NCBI GenBank assembly: GCA_963756365.1
Contig: CAVWNF010000003.1
Location: 106,598-130,597 of the forward strand
DNA from: an uncultured Actinomycetes bacterium
Lineage (GTDB): Bacteria > Actinomycetota > CADDZG01 > WHSQ01
Length of the DNA: 24,000 nt
Reading direction: 5' to 3'
In this document: one piece after another, positions 6,570-16,778 of the stretch
Layout of the letters: every line of letters starts with the position of its first letter
Numbering within the stretch: position 1 is the first letter of the stretch
The notes under the pieces: generated by a model
Databases searched by the model: none
The model's input: the letters and a program-made list of their open reading frames with translations, nothing else
Told to the model about the DNA's origin: nothing
Translations under genes and position numbers: made by a program

Positions 6570-8705
6570 TCAGCGCATGATGTTGTACGAGTAGCCAAAC
6601 GGCGTCGTCGCTATCGGAGTGGTACCCGAAACGATGATCACTGTTCTCTCGCCACCAACCTTGCCGGGCTTCTTCATCTGCAGTCCGGTCTCGGTTGCGT
6701 TGAACTTCTTGCGGGTCAGAACCAGTCGCTTCACGTTGTTGCCGGAGATGCGGAGCACCTCGATGAGCGGCTTGTTCTTCGCCGTCGGCTTGATGCGAAG
6801 CCACTTGTTGAGACCGTCACCGCCGAAGTCGAACGACTTGGCTGCCTTGTTGGTCTCGAAGTCCGTCTTGTTCCACAGGGTGGTCTCCCCATCCTTCAGG
6901 GTGACCTCGTCGACGACGTAGCCGGGCTCGGTAACCGCCTGGTCAGTGTCGTACTCCCAGCGGATCAAGATGTCCTGGTCGGCATATGCGGTTAGGTCGA
7001 GTGCACAGTCCTGCCACCCACCAGAGTCGCCGGTGATGCCGCCGCTCTCCGTCACCGCCCGGTTGTTCCCGTTCGGGTCAGTGGCGCGGCCGCCGCAGGC
7101 AGACGTGTTCTGGTACTCCCAGGTCTTCCCGTCGTCGCTGGACACGAGCACGTAGGCGTAGTCCCAGTCCTCTTCGATCTGCGTCCAGTACTTGAACTGG
7201 AGCGAAGGTGCCGTGGTGCCGGTCAGGTCGGCCTCTCGCTGCAGCCAGGTGATCATCTCGTCAGCCCTGTTGCTCCAGGCGAAGTAGCCGCCCTGCGGGT
7301 CTGGCTGTCCGTCCTGGGCAGGGATGATCGTGACTGGATCCTCTGCGCTGGTATCGATCGTTCCCTCGCCGGTGACCTCGTAGTAGTCGGCACCGAACGG
7401 GAACACGGTCGCGTCTTCGGCCGAGCTGTCGTCCTCGCCCTCCAGAGCGACACTCACGTCACGGTTCGAGTAGCCGAACTGGCCAACGTTTGCATCAGGC
7501 ATGTCGAGGTAGTTGGCAACGATGTAGTCGCGGTAGACCTTTCCGAACCCACCCTTGCGGTAGTACCGGTTCAGCTTCTTCTTCAGCTTCTTACTCCGCG
7601 AGCTGATGACCTTCGAGATCCCGGCCGAGCCGTCCGCGCTGGTGCGGGTCAGAAGCTTCGCAAGGCCGTAAGCCTCGAGGCGCTCCGTTGACTCGTTCTC
7701 CGGTGCGCCGTAGTGGTTGAAGAGATAGTCGAAGAAGAGGAACGCCTGGCCATAGTCGTCAACCGTGCTGCTCCAGTCCTTCAGGCTCTGGTCGGGCTCC
7801 GCCTCGTAACCCGAGACGTGACCCTCGACGATGTCGCCGAAGCCGTTCACTACCGCGGCGATGTCGGCCATCCCCTCGTTGACCCAGGTCTCCTCGTTGT
7901 AGTCGTTCGAGAACTGGATCATGTGGAAGAACTCGTGCGCTAGAACGCCGGCGTAGGTGTCGTCGCCTGGGTTAAGGAACAGCGAGTTCATGAAGAACAT
8001 CTCTGCCTCGTTCGAGTACGGCGACTCGTGCTCACCGTTCCCGTTGGGGTACTCGTGCTCCGAGGAGAAGTAGCCAGCGATGTAGCCGAGGGCGCCGTTC
8101 GCCCCAGGAGCGTCGATCGGGAAGTTAAGGATGTGAACGCGCTCATCACAATCCGCGTCCCGCCAGTTCTTCGGGAGCCCGGGAGCAAGGTTCACAGCGT
8201 TGTACTTGGGGTTGGGTTCCTTGCCGAAGTAGGAGCGGTTCGTCTTGTAGATCTTGTCCCAGTCCTCCGCTGCGGCCTGAGCTTCGTCGTCCATGACGAG
8301 CCCGTCTTCAGGGATGCCCGGAAGGGTGGGGACGTAGAACTCGTTCTGGACCCAGACGTAGCCGTGCTTCGACTTGGCCGCGAGGGTCGCCATGATCTCC
8401 TGGTTCCCGGTCTGCTGCTGGGAGACCCAGAAGCTCCGCTGGTCGCCGACCTCGTAGGTCGCTCCCGGCTGGCACCCCTTCTGTCCGTACCCAGAGTCGG
8501 GCGCGGGGCGGGGGCTGCCTTCCTGGGAAGCAACGAACCTGCGGGCGCGCTCCACCGCGGGGTAGTCCAGGTGGTTGATCAGGTGGTCGTTGAGGTCGAG
8601 TCGGCCGTTCGTGGCCCGTTCGGGGGCCGGTGTAGCCGAGACCCCAGAGATAAGCAGCAGGCTGGCGCTAGCAGCGCCCACCGCGATCTTCATGAAACGA
8701 TTCAT
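6570..8705 (-). CDS. Secreted zinc metallopeptidase (HExxH, MA clan) with an InhA/M6-like C-terminal domain
   Basis: Signal peptide MNRFMKIAVGAASASLLLISGVSA from ATG 8705, with GAAGGGA upstream. The catalytic block is AGVLAHEFFHMIQ...ETWVNEGMAD. The C-terminal block YWTQIEEDWDYAYVLVSSDDGKTW...GGITGDSGGWQDCALDLTAYADQDILIRWEYDTDQAV...GYVVDEV is collinear with the immune-inhibitor-A type domain. I cannot fix the MEROPS family by eye. Confidence 0.8.
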   Translation of the reverse strand: MNRFMKIAVGAASASLLLISGVSATPAPERATNGRLDLNDHLINHLDYPAVERARRFVASQEGSPRPAPDSGYGQKGCQPGATYEVGDQRSFWVSQQQTGNQEIMATLAAKSKHGYVWVQNEFYVPTLPGIPEDGLVMDDEAQAAAEDWDKIYKTNRSYFGKEPNPKYNAVNLAPGLPKNWRDADCDERVHILNFPIDAPGANGALGYIAGYFSSEHEYPNGNGEHESPYSNEAEMFFMNSLFLNPGDDTYAGVLAHEFFHMIQFSNDYNEETWVNEGMADIAAVVNGFGDIVEGHVSGYEAEPDQSLKDWSSTVDDYGQAFLFFDYLFNHYGAPENESTERLEAYGLAKLLTRTSADGSAGISKVISSRSKKLKKKLNRYYRKGGFGKVYRDYIVANYLDMPDANVGQFGYSNRDVSVALEGEDDSSAEDATVFPFGADYYEVTGEGTIDTSAEDPVTIIPAQDGQPDPQGGYFAWSNRADEMITWLQREADLTGTTAPSLQFKYWTQIEEDWDYAYVLVSSDDGKTWEYQNTSACGGRATDPNGNNRAVTESGGITGDSGGWQDCALDLTAYADQDILIRWEYDTDQAVTEPGYVVDEVTLKDGETTLWNKTDFETNKAAKSFDFGGDGLNKWLRIKPTAKNKPLIEVLRISGNNVKRLVLTRKKFNATETGLQMKKPGKVGGERTVIIVSGTTPIATTPFGYSYNIMR

Positions 8706-8915
8706 ATGGTGTGTCCCTTCTTGTCGATCATCATCGATCCTTCTGGATGAAGGTTCTCCGGTCGCCCTCGACACCCTTCAAGCGTCTTCTTCCCCAGCAG
8801 GGGCCCATAAATCCCTCATGCGCCTATCCTTTAGTTATCTGGATGCGGTTCGAGGGCAACCTTCCGCCCATGGCGGACGTCTCTATATGCGAGCAGACGC
8901 AAAGAGGAGCAGGGA

Positions 8916-9194
8916 TTGGGTCACGTTCCGAACGATAGAGAAGCTGCGGATCAGGCGACGAAGTGGGTTATAGCCCTCGTTATCGCCCTTGTCGCGCTGT
9001 TCGGGATCGTCGTCCTGGCAGCCATCTTCGTGGCAGCACTGGAGCCGCCAGGATGGCTCGGCGCCCTACTCGGCATCGTTCTGGCGATCGGAGCGACCGG
9101 GTTCGCATGGCTTCTTGCCAGCGCACTTATCAGCTCTCCGTCGCCGTCAGAGGAAACGCCCCCTTCGGGGATCCCTCGCATTCGCCAGCGCTAA
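8916..9194 (+). CDS. Small hypothetical membrane protein (two predicted TM helices)
   Basis: TTG start with GAGGAG 9 nt upstream. Two hydrophobic stretches (WVIALVIALVALFGIVVLAAIFVAAL and WLGALLGIVLAIGATGFAWLLASALI). No family recognised. Confidence 0.4.
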   Translation: MGHVPNDREAADQATKWVIALVIALVALFGIVVLAAIFVAALEPPGWLGALLGIVLAIGATGFAWLLASALISSPSPSEETPPSGIPRIRQR

Positions 9195-9199
9195 CTCCG

Positions 9200-10345
9200 T
9201 CACGCGCTCTCGGCCTTGGGCAGGATCACCTCTTGGAAGACCAACTTCAAAGACGCCGCAACGGGGATCGCCATCAGCGCACCAACGAAGCCAAGCAGAC
9301 TCCCTCCGATCAACGCGGCGAGGAGGACGGCGGCGGGCGAGATGTCGACCGCCTTGGTCATGATCTTGGGAGCGATGACGTAGTTCTCGATCTGCTGATA
9401 CACGATGAAGTACGCAAGGACCGCGATCCCCTGCCCCGGTGAGGTGAAGAACGCGACGATGACGGCCGGGATCGCTCCGATCGTTGCTCCAACCAGCGGG
9501 ATCAGTGCCGAGATGGCGACCCACAGTGCGAGCGCCACCGGATAGCTGACTCCGATGATCGCAACGGCGATGAAAGCCAGAACGCCGGCCAGGAGAGCAA
9601 CGGCGATCTGTCCGGCTACGTAGCCGCCGATCTTCTCGAGGATCGGGTCCATCAGTTCGTTGACGCGCTTACGCCTGCTCTTGGGGACGAGTTTGAGAGT
9701 GCCCTCACGCAGATTCGAGAGACTCGAGAGGAAGTAGATCGTCAGGATGAGAACGGTCAGACCGTTGAAGATGACCGACAGTACCGACCCGGCGATGCCA
9801 ACCACGTTACCCAGTGATCCGCTTATCGCTCCCGGGATGTCCGACACCGCCGAGCGGAGCTTCTCGGGGATGTCGTTATCGGTGATCCATCCTTGGATCC
9901 GGGGGTTGTTCTTCGCGATGTCCCTCACGTAGTCCGGAAGGTTCGCTGCGAAGGCAGAGATCTGCTCTATCAAGGGAGGTACGACCGCCAGTGCGAACGC
10001 AGCGATGAAGGCGAGCGTGCCCAAGAAGATGAGGGCGATCGCGAAGCCGCGCCGCATCCCTAGACGTTCGAAGCGTCGAACCGCGGGATCGAGTCCGAAC
10101 GCAAGGAACATCGAGACGATCACGAGCACCAAGACGTGTCGGACGACGTAGATGCCAACGAACAGTAATGAGACAACGAAAGCAACGGCCATGCCCACGG
10201 CGACGATCCGGACGACGGCGGCGTTGGACGGCCCCTCTCGACTGCCCGACCTGGTCGCCATTGAGAACAGGCAATCACCGTCCACGACTGGTATGGCGGA
10301 TTTTCTGGCCTCCTCGTACACCCGGGCGGCTGGAGACGTGCCCAA
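9200..10345 (-). CDS. AI-2E family transporter (PerM/YhhT, UPF0118)
   Basis: 381-aa polytopic membrane ORF with the typical AI-2E layout. The C-terminal block is ISALIPLVGATIGAIPAVIVAFF...AVLAYFIVYQQIENYVIAPKIM. The start may be the internal ATG at 10261. Confidence 0.85.
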   Translation of the reverse strand: MGTSPAARVYEEARKSAIPVVDGDCLFSMATRSGSREGPSNAAVVRIVAVGMAVAFVVSLLFVGIYVVRHVLVLVIVSMFLAFGLDPAVRRFERLGMRRGFAIALIFLGTLAFIAAFALAVVPPLIEQISAFAANLPDYVRDIAKNNPRIQGWITDNDIPEKLRSAVSDIPGAISGSLGNVVGIAGSVLSVIFNGLTVLILTIYFLSSLSNLREGTLKLVPKSRRKRVNELMDPILEKIGGYVAGQIAVALLAGVLAFIAVAIIGVSYPVALALWVAISALIPLVGATIGAIPAVIVAFFTSPGQGIAVLAYFIVYQQIENYVIAPKIMTKAVDISPAAVLLAALIGGSLLGFVGALMAIPVAASLKLVFQEVILPKAESA

Positions 10346-10405
10346 GTGGAAGGGGCAGCGGTGGGTCGCCCTCGTTAGGGTGTTCCGAAGTCCAAGGAGG
10401 AGATC

Positions 10406-11697
10406 ATGTCCGACTCGAAGTCACTGCTCGCCCGCCACCGCAACGTCATGCCTAACTGGATCGCCCTGTACTACGACGATCCGATCGCTCTCGACCACGG
10501 TGAAGGCATCAAGGTCTGGGACGTAGACGGAAACGAGTACCTCGACCTCTTCGGAGGCATCCTGACGACCGCCTCGGGACACGGAGTGCCTGCCGTCCTC
10601 GACGCCGTAAAGGCGCAGGCGGACAAGATGCTCCATTCGTCGACCGCCTACCTGATCGAACCGGCCATCGAGCTGGCCGAGAAGCTCGCGGATCTCTCGG
10701 GTATCCCCGACGCAAAGGTGTTCTTCTGCAACTCGGGTACCGAGGCCAACGAAACGGCGCTCCTGATCTCGTCCACCTATCGTCGTTCGAGTCAGGTGCT
10801 CGCCCTTCGGAACAGCTACCACGGGCGCTCCTTCGCGACCGTGGCGATCACCGGGAACCGCGGATGGTCTCCGTCTGCGAACAGCCCGGTGAACGTCAGC
10901 TACGTGCATTCTGGCTATCGCTACCGGAGCCCGTTCGGACATCTTGACGATGCCGGCTTCATCGAGGCGTGTACGGATGATCTGCGCAACATCCTCGAAA
11001 CCACAACCTCAGGTGATGTCGCGTGCATGATCGCCGAACCGATCCAGGGTGTTGGTGGTTTCGCCACCCCACCCGACGGTTTCTTCAGATCCGATGAAGG
11101 AAGTCCTCGATGAACAAGGGATCCTGTTCATCTCGGACGAGGTTCAGACTGCGTGGGGTCGGACCGGGGATCACTTCTGGGGCTACCAGGCGCATGGCAT
11201 CACGCCCGACATCATCACGTTCGCGAAAGGGATCGGGAACGGACTGGCTATCGCCGGAGTCATCGCTCGCGCCGAGATCATGGACTCCATCGCAGCGAAC
11301 TCGATCTCGACGTTCGGCGGTAACCCATTGTCGACTGCTGGGGCGCTGGCCAACCTCGACTTCATGCTCGAGAACGATCTGCAGACGAACGCGAAGAAGA
11401 TCGGTGAGCACATGTTCGGTCGGTTCCGCCATCTCGAGGAGAGCAACAGCATCGTCGGCGACGTGCGGGGCAAGGGCTTGATGATCGGTATCGAACTCGT
11501 TGAGCCTGGTGGAAAGTCGCCGGCCCCAGAGCGCGCCGCTCGTGCGATGGAAGAGGCGAAGTCGCGCGGCGTGCTCATCGGCAAGGGAGGTCTCTACGGC
11601 AACACCCTTCGGATCACCCCGCCCATGACGATCTCCATGGAGCAGGCCGACGACTGGCTGCGACCGATTGATCGAGTCGATCGAGGCGGTGTCGTGA
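10406..11697 (+). pseudogene. Class-III (omega) aminotransferase, two frame breaks as assembled
   Basis: AAGGAGG RBS. N-terminal part: GEGIKVWDVDGNEYLDLFGGILTTASGHG...FFCNSGTEANETAL...AEPIQGVGGFATPPDGFF. Continues in the next frame: MKEVLDEQGILFISDEVQTAWGRTG...ITFAKGIGNGLAI (Schiff-base Lys context)...GNTLRITPPMTI. The last 13 codons (GCDRLIESIEAVS*) are in a third frame. Breaks lie near 11093 and 11655. Confidence 0.9.
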
Positions 11698-13184
11698 CGA
11701 CTGTTCCCCACTGGTTGAACGGCGGCGCCGATGAGGGCGCCCCGGAGAGGGTCGGCGATGTCTACGACCCATCGACGGGAGACCTGACGAAGCAGGTCGC
11801 GTTCGCAACACCGGAACTGGTGGATCGAGCCGTTGCCGGAGCGAAGGCGGCGTTCGAGACGTGGCGTGCGTCGTCGATGACTCAGCAGGGCGAAGATCCT
11901 CTTCGCCTACCGCAACCTCATCGTTGAGCGCCTGGACGACATCGTCGAGCTGATCTCGGCCGAACACGGGAAGGTCCCTTCCGATGCTGCTGGCGAGGTC
12001 AACCGTGGGCTCGAGGTCGTCGAGTTCGCGTGCGGTATCCCTCACCTACTAAAAGGAGAGTTCTCCGAGAACGTGTCGAGGGGGGTGGACTCCTATTCGA
12101 TCCGCCAACCGCTCGGCGTTGTGGCGGGGGTTACTCCATTCAATTTCCCGGCGATGGTCCCCATGTGGATGTACCCCGTAGCTATCGCGTGTGGGAACTC
12201 CTTCATCCTCAAACCGTCCGAGAAGGATCCGTCTGCAGCGAACCTTCTCGCCGAACTGTTCACGGAAGCCGGACTTCCCGATGGTGTCTTCCAGGTCGTG
12301 CACGGCGACAAGGTCGCGGTCGACTCGCTGCTCCACCATCCTGATGTGGCGGCGATCAGCTCGGTCGGGTCCACTCCTGTAGCGCGCTACATCTATGAGT
12401 CAGCGGCCGCCGCCGGCAAGAGGGTGCAGGCTCTCGGGGGCGCCAAGAACCACATGATCGTGCTGCCCGACGCCGACATGGATCTGGCCGCCGACGCGGC
12501 CGTCTCCGCTGCGTATGGCTCGACGGGTCAACGATGCATGGCGATCTCTGCCGTGGTCGCGGTCGGGGACGCGGGTGACGCCCTGGTCGACAAGATCCGC
12601 GACCGGGTCGAGATGCTGAAGGTTGGCCCGGGCTCGGACCCCGAAGCGGAGATGGGTCCTCTCGTCACGGCCGCCGCAAGGGACAAGGCGGCCGCGTATA
12701 TCGAGTCCGGCCTTACCGAGGGCGCCGATCTCCCGATCGATGGTCGGGGCCTGGTGATAAAGGGACACGAAGGCGGGTATTTCCTCGGACCTTGCCTCTT
12801 CGATCACGCTACCCCCGAGATGTCGATCTATAAGGAAGAGATCTTCGGACCCGTTCTGGTGATGCTTCGCTCCGATACCTACGAGGACGCGCTCGGCATC
12901 GTCAACTCGAACCCTTACGGGAACGGCACCGCCATCTTCACGAACGACGGGGGGCGGCGCGGATGTTCCAGCACGATGTCGAGGTCGGCATGGTCGGAAT
13001 CAATGTTCCGATCCCAGTGCCTATGGCCTTCTTTTCGTTCGGCGGCTGGAAGGCGTCTCTGTTCGGGGACAGTCACGTCCACGGGAAGGAAGGAGTCAAC
13101 TTCTATACCCGTGGCAAGGTCGTAACTGCCAGGTGGCCCGATCCCTCTGAGCGCGGCGTGAACCTCGGCTTCCCCCAAACCTAG
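11694..13184 (+). pseudogene. mmsA: CoA-acylating methylmalonate/malonate-semialdehyde dehydrogenase, two frame breaks as assembled
   Basis: The GTG start overlaps the aminotransferase TGA (GTGA). Sequence blocks are TTVPHWLNGG...WRASSMTQ / RAKILFAYRNL...FNFPAMVPMWMYPVAIACGNSFILKPSEKDP...GGAKNHMIVLPDAD...STGQRCMAIS...EEIFGPVL...[15 protein letters not shown] / [35 protein letters not shown]. Breaks lie near 11886 and in the G-run 12949-12954. Confidence 0.9.
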
Positions 13185-13193
13185 AAAACCCCC

Positions 13194-13240
13194 TTCTGGG
13201 CGACCGCGGCGTCACGTGGCGGCGCTCGAGTCGCCCAGAA
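13194..13240. terminator. Long stem-loop downstream of mmsA
   Basis: Perfect 11-bp inverted repeat TTCTGGGCGAC (13194-13204) / GTCGCCCAGAA (13230-13240). The interior is partly self-complementary around CACGTG. No clear U-tract. Confidence 0.5.
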
Positions 13241-13253
13241 GTAGATTGCCTCG

Positions 13254-14147
13254 ATGGTCGAGAGGCGCACGACGACGGGGCCATGGGCAGAGATCGCCCT
13301 TCTCGGGATCGCGATGGTGTGGGGACTCACGTTCCCGATGGTTCAGGATGCGATCGGTTCACTTCCCACGTTCGCGTTCCTCGCCTATCGGTTCATCCCG
13401 GCGTCGCTTCTGATCGCGATCATCTTCAGGAAGCAGCTAGCGACCCTTACGCGCAGCGGTTGGATCGCCGGGGCGTTCATGGGCGTATTCCTGACCGGTG
13501 GATACGCGTTCCAGACCCTGGGACTCGACCGCACCACGTCCTCCAAGGCGGGCTTCATCACGGGATTGTTCGTGGTCCTCACCCCGATCTTCGGAGCCAT
13601 CTTCCTCGGCCAGAGAGCGGGGAGGTTGGCGTGGGGAGCGGCGGTCATATCGACGATCGGTCTCTACCTATTGTCTGGCTCGGGCGGGGGATTCAACTCG
13701 GGCGACGCTCTCGTTCTGGTGACCGCTTGTTCGTTCGCCTTGCACATCCTCGTCACCGGTCGGGCAGTGGCGCACCACGACGTCGGAGCACTCCTGGCGA
13801 TCCAGCTCGGGGTGTGCGGAGTGTTCTCGTTGATCGTTGCTGGGATCGGCGGAGACGTCGTGGTCCCGGACGAGACTCAGGTCTGGGTCGCCCTGTTCGT
13901 CACCGCGTTCATCGCCAGCGCTCTCGGCTTCTTCGTGCAGACCTACGCGCAGCAGCACGCTCCACCCGCCCGCACGGCCCTGATCCTGGCCGCCGAGCCT
14001 GCGTTCGCTGGCCTGTTCTCGTGGCTGCTTAAGGGCGAGACCCTGAGCCCGACCGGGTGGGCGGGCGCTGCCCTGATCCTCGCCGCGATCGTGACCGTGG
14101 AACTCGTGCCGTACCTCCGTACCAAGCAGCCGCTACCCGAACACTGA
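13254..14147 (+). CDS. DMT-superfamily transporter (EamA family)
   Basis: 297 aa, about 10 hydrophobic segments and a duplicated EamA-type architecture (LLGIAMVWGLTFPMV..., ...ILAAEPAFAGLFSWLLKGETLS). Confidence 0.85.
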   Translation: MVERRTTTGPWAEIALLGIAMVWGLTFPMVQDAIGSLPTFAFLAYRFIPASLLIAIIFRKQLATLTRSGWIAGAFMGVFLTGGYAFQTLGLDRTTSSKAGFITGLFVVLTPIFGAIFLGQRAGRLAWGAAVISTIGLYLLSGSGGGFNSGDALVLVTACSFALHILVTGRAVAHHDVGALLAIQLGVCGVFSLIVAGIGGDVVVPDETQVWVALFVTAFIASALGFFVQTYAQQHAPPARTALILAAEPAFAGLFSWLLKGETLSPTGWAGAALILAAIVTVELVPYLRTKQPLPEH

Positions 14148-14250
14148 GGCAAATCCCAAGGTTTTCGCGTTCTCCTCGATATCGTCCGAACGTACGGTCG
14201 TGCGGGAGTCACCCGTCGTGCGAGTTACTAGATGTCTTAGGAGGAGCCTC

Positions 14251-14841
14251 ATGGGTAAGCGAGACGAGATCCTGGAGAGAGCGGTGGCGATCGCCTCGGT
14301 GGAGGGACTCGCGGGCCTGACGATCGGGCGTCTCGCGTCCGAACTCTCGATGAGCAAGTCGGGGCTCTTCGGCCATTTCGGATCCAAGGAAGAACTGCAG
14401 CTCGCCACGATCGCCCGCGCCGCGGAGGTCTTCGAGACCCGAGTCATCGAGCCAGCAGCGAGCGTCGAGGCGGGTCTCGATCGCGCGGTGGTGATCCTCG
14501 AGAACTGGCTCGGTTACCTCGCCGACGGCTTCGAGGGAGGGTGCTTCTTCCACGCCGCGTCACTCGAGTTCGACGGCCGCCCGGGAAAGGTGAGGGATGA
14601 GATCCAGCGACTCACCGGACGCTGGTACGTGGTCGTCGAGGAGCAGCTGCGCAGGGCCGTCACCCGGCGCCAGCTTGATCCCGCGACCGATGCCGCTCTG
14701 CTCGCTTTCGAGGTGCATGCGTTGCTCGGAGAAGCCAACTGGGCGTATCGACTGTTCGGCCGTCGTGAGGCGATCGAGCGGGCGCGTACCCTTCTCCACT
14801 CGAAGCTTCCACGCCCGGTGAGCGAGCGCCGCACAGCCTAG
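14251..14841 (+). CDS. TetR-family transcriptional regulator
   Basis: AGGAGG RBS followed by ATG. The N-terminal HTH is RDEILERAVAIASVEGLAGLTIGRLASELSMSKSGLFGHFGSKEELQ. Confidence 0.9.
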   Translation: MGKRDEILERAVAIASVEGLAGLTIGRLASELSMSKSGLFGHFGSKEELQLATIARAAEVFETRVIEPAASVEAGLDRAVVILENWLGYLADGFEGGCFFHAASLEFDGRPGKVRDEIQRLTGRWYVVVEEQLRRAVTRRQLDPATDAALLAFEVHALLGEANWAYRLFGRREAIERARTLLHSKLPRPVSERRTA

Positions 14842-14860
14842 AAAGGCCGAGCTGGGCCGA

Positions 14861-14890
14861 TTGACCACTAGCGAACATATGTTCTATAGT
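14861..14890 (+). promoter_or_regulatory. Sigma-70-type promoter with an embedded LexA (Cheo/SOS) box, likely a leaderless transcript
   Basis: TTGACC (14861-14866), an 18-nt spacer, then TATAGT (14885-14890). The ATG at 14898 is only 7 nt after the -10. CGAAC-ATAT-GTTC (14872-14884) matches the Gram-positive/actinobacterial LexA consensus GAAC-N4-GTTC and sits between the -35 and -10. Confidence 0.6.
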
Positions 14891-14897
14891 TGGTCCC

Positions 14898-15908
14898 ATG
14901 AGCGGAGATCGCCTCTTCGAGATCGGGCGGCGGACATTCGATACCCCCGCGTTCCGGGGGATCGAGTTCATCGAGGTCGAGGCCAAGTCGATCATCAATC
15001 ACGTCCCGGGCAACTACCTCCCGTTCAATCACACGATCAACCCCTACAGGGGATGCAGCCATGCGTGCAGTTACTGCTTCGCTAGGTCGACACACACGTT
15101 CCTAGACATGGATGCGGGGCGCGATTTCGAGACCAAGATCGTCGTCAAGGTGAACGCGGCGGAACTCCTGCACAGAGAGCTACGCAAGAAGTCGTGGCTG
15201 GGAGAGGGGATCGCCATGGGCACCGCGACCGATCCTTATCAACGAGCCGAGGGCCGCTACCGACTGATGCCCAAGATCATGCGCGAGCTGATCGCGGTCG
15301 GCAATCCGTTCTCGATCCTCACCAAGGGGACGCTCCTCCTCCGCGACATGGACCTCCTCCTCGAGGCTGCCGAGGTGACCGACGTTTCCACCGCATATTC
15401 GGTCGGAACGCTCGACGAGGAGGTATGGCGAAAGAGCGAGCCTGGAACTCCGCACCCACGCAAGCGCCTTGATGCCGTAGCGCGGCTCAACGCGGCGGGC
15501 ATCCCGTGCGGGGTGCTGATGGCACCGATCCTGCCCGGGATATCCGATTCACCTGAACAGATGCGAGCCGTTGTGGAAGGAGCTCTCGATGCCGGTGCGA
15601 CCCACGTCTCGCCGATCCTCTTGCACCTGCGACCCAAGGTCAAAGACGTCTACTTGGGATGGCTCGCCGCCGAGTATCCGGACCTCGTTCCTCGCTATCA
15701 GGCGATGTATGGGACCTCGGCGTATGCATCTCGAGCCGAACGGAAGGCGTTCGGCGCCCAGGTGGGCGAGATCATCCGAGACGTTGGTGCTCCACGGCGT
15801 GTCGATGCCCCGCGCCCCGCCAGGTTCCCGAAGCGGGCCGACGACTCGGCGGCGCGAGCGCGCCGTGAGCGCGCCGAGTTAGAGAGCGAGCAGTTGTCCC
15901 TGATCTAG
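14898..15908 (+). CDS. Radical SAM protein, Rv2578c / SplB-like (COG1533) family
   Basis: CxxxCxxC cluster ([16 protein letters not shown]). The overall pattern ([11 protein letters not shown]...L.R..L......F.ILTK) matches the Rv2578c-type radical SAM family. Confidence 0.85.
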   Translation: MSGDRLFEIGRRTFDTPAFRGIEFIEVEAKSIINHVPGNYLPFNHTINPYRGCSHACSYCFARSTHTFLDMDAGRDFETKIVVKVNAAELLHRELRKKSWLGEGIAMGTATDPYQRAEGRYRLMPKIMRELIAVGNPFSILTKGTLLLRDMDLLLEAAEVTDVSTAYSVGTLDEEVWRKSEPGTPHPRKRLDAVARLNAAGIPCGVLMAPILPGISDSPEQMRAVVEGALDAGATHVSPILLHLRPKVKDVYLGWLAAEYPDLVPRYQAMYGTSAYASRAERKAFGAQVGEIIRDVGAPRRVDAPRPARFPKRADDSAARARRERAELESEQLSLI

Positions 15909-16762
15909 AACAGCTGTGGCGACCGCAGGCGCTCGATGCGCTCTTCGACCGCCGGGTGCGTTGAGAACAGTTTCGCGAACTGGGCCTTGCGACCGGTGAA
16001 CGGACTGACGATGTAGGCCTGTTCCATCGCTGGGTTGACGTTCATCGGTGTGCTCTTCGCAGAGGAGTGCAACTTCTCGAGCGCCCGAGCCAGGGGCTCT
16101 CCTGAACCCGAGAGCCGAGCGCCCTCACGATCCGCTTCGAACTCGCGGGACCGTGAGATCGCCATCTGGATCATCATCGCGGCCATGGGAGCGAGGATCG
16201 CCATGGCCAGCATGCCGAACGCGTTGCCGCCACCCTCGTTGTCACGGCTGCCGCCACCGAACATCGCGCCCCACATCGCCATCCGTGCGATGAACGTGAT
16301 GCCCATCGCGACGGCTGCGGCTACCGAGCCGATAAGGATGTCTCGGTGCTTCACGTGCGCCATCTCGTGAGCGAGCACGCCTCGAAGCTCGTCTTCGCTC
16401 AGCAGGCTGAGGATCCCTTGTGTGACCGCTACCGCAGCGTTCTCTGGGTTGCGGCCTGTGGCGAAAGCGTTCGCTTGCTGATCTGGCGTGACGTACACCT
16501 TGGGCATCGGAAGGCCCGCCGAGGTGCTCAGTTCCCTGATCAGTCGATATAGCTCTGGCGCTTCCTGTTCGGTGACCGGCTTGGCGCGCGACGCTTTGAT
16601 CGCGAGTTTGTCCGAGAACCAGTAGGAGCCACCGACGAATACGAGGCCGATCGCGAGCCCGATGAAAGCGCCGGTTCCGCCATTGAGGCCCCCGCCGATC
16701 AGGACGAGCAAGCCACCTAGGGCGGCAAGAAGTGTGTAGGTCTTCAGTGTGTTCTTCAGCAT
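15905..16762 (-). CDS. htpX: Zinc metalloprotease HtpX (M48)
   Basis: [10 protein letters not shown] motif and N-terminal TM helices from [17 protein letters not shown] (ATG 16762). C-terminal block is [13 protein letters not shown]...LEKL. The upstream extension to 16891 in the ORF track looks non-coding for this family. Confidence 0.9.
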   Translation of the reverse strand: MLKNTLKTYTLLAALGGLLVLIGGGLNGGTGAFIGLAIGLVFVGGSYWFSDKLAIKASRAKPVTEQEAPELYRLIRELSTSAGLPMPKVYVTPDQQANAFATGRNPENAAVAVTQGILSLLSEDELRGVLAHEMAHVKHRDILIGSVAAAVAMGITFIARMAMWGAMFGGGSRDNEGGGNAFGMLAMAILAPMAAMMIQMAISRSREFEADREGARLSGSGEPLARALEKLHSSAKSTPMNVNPAMEQAYIVSPFTGRKAQFAKLFSTHPAVEERIERLRSPQLF

Positions 16763-16778
16763 GGTCTCATTATCATCC

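Noticed and set aside
8028-8750. 240-aa plus-strand ORF inside the protease gene
   Set aside because: It is a shadow ORF of the 711-aa protease, which has a signal peptide, an HExxH motif and a conserved C-terminal domain. No motifs of its own.
14188-14199. GAAC-gtac-GGTC, a near-LexA box about 50 nt upstream of the TetR gene
   Set aside because: It has one mismatch in the right half-site and no promoter context I can see. It is equally well explained as a TetR operator half-palindrome (CGTACG core) or as chance.
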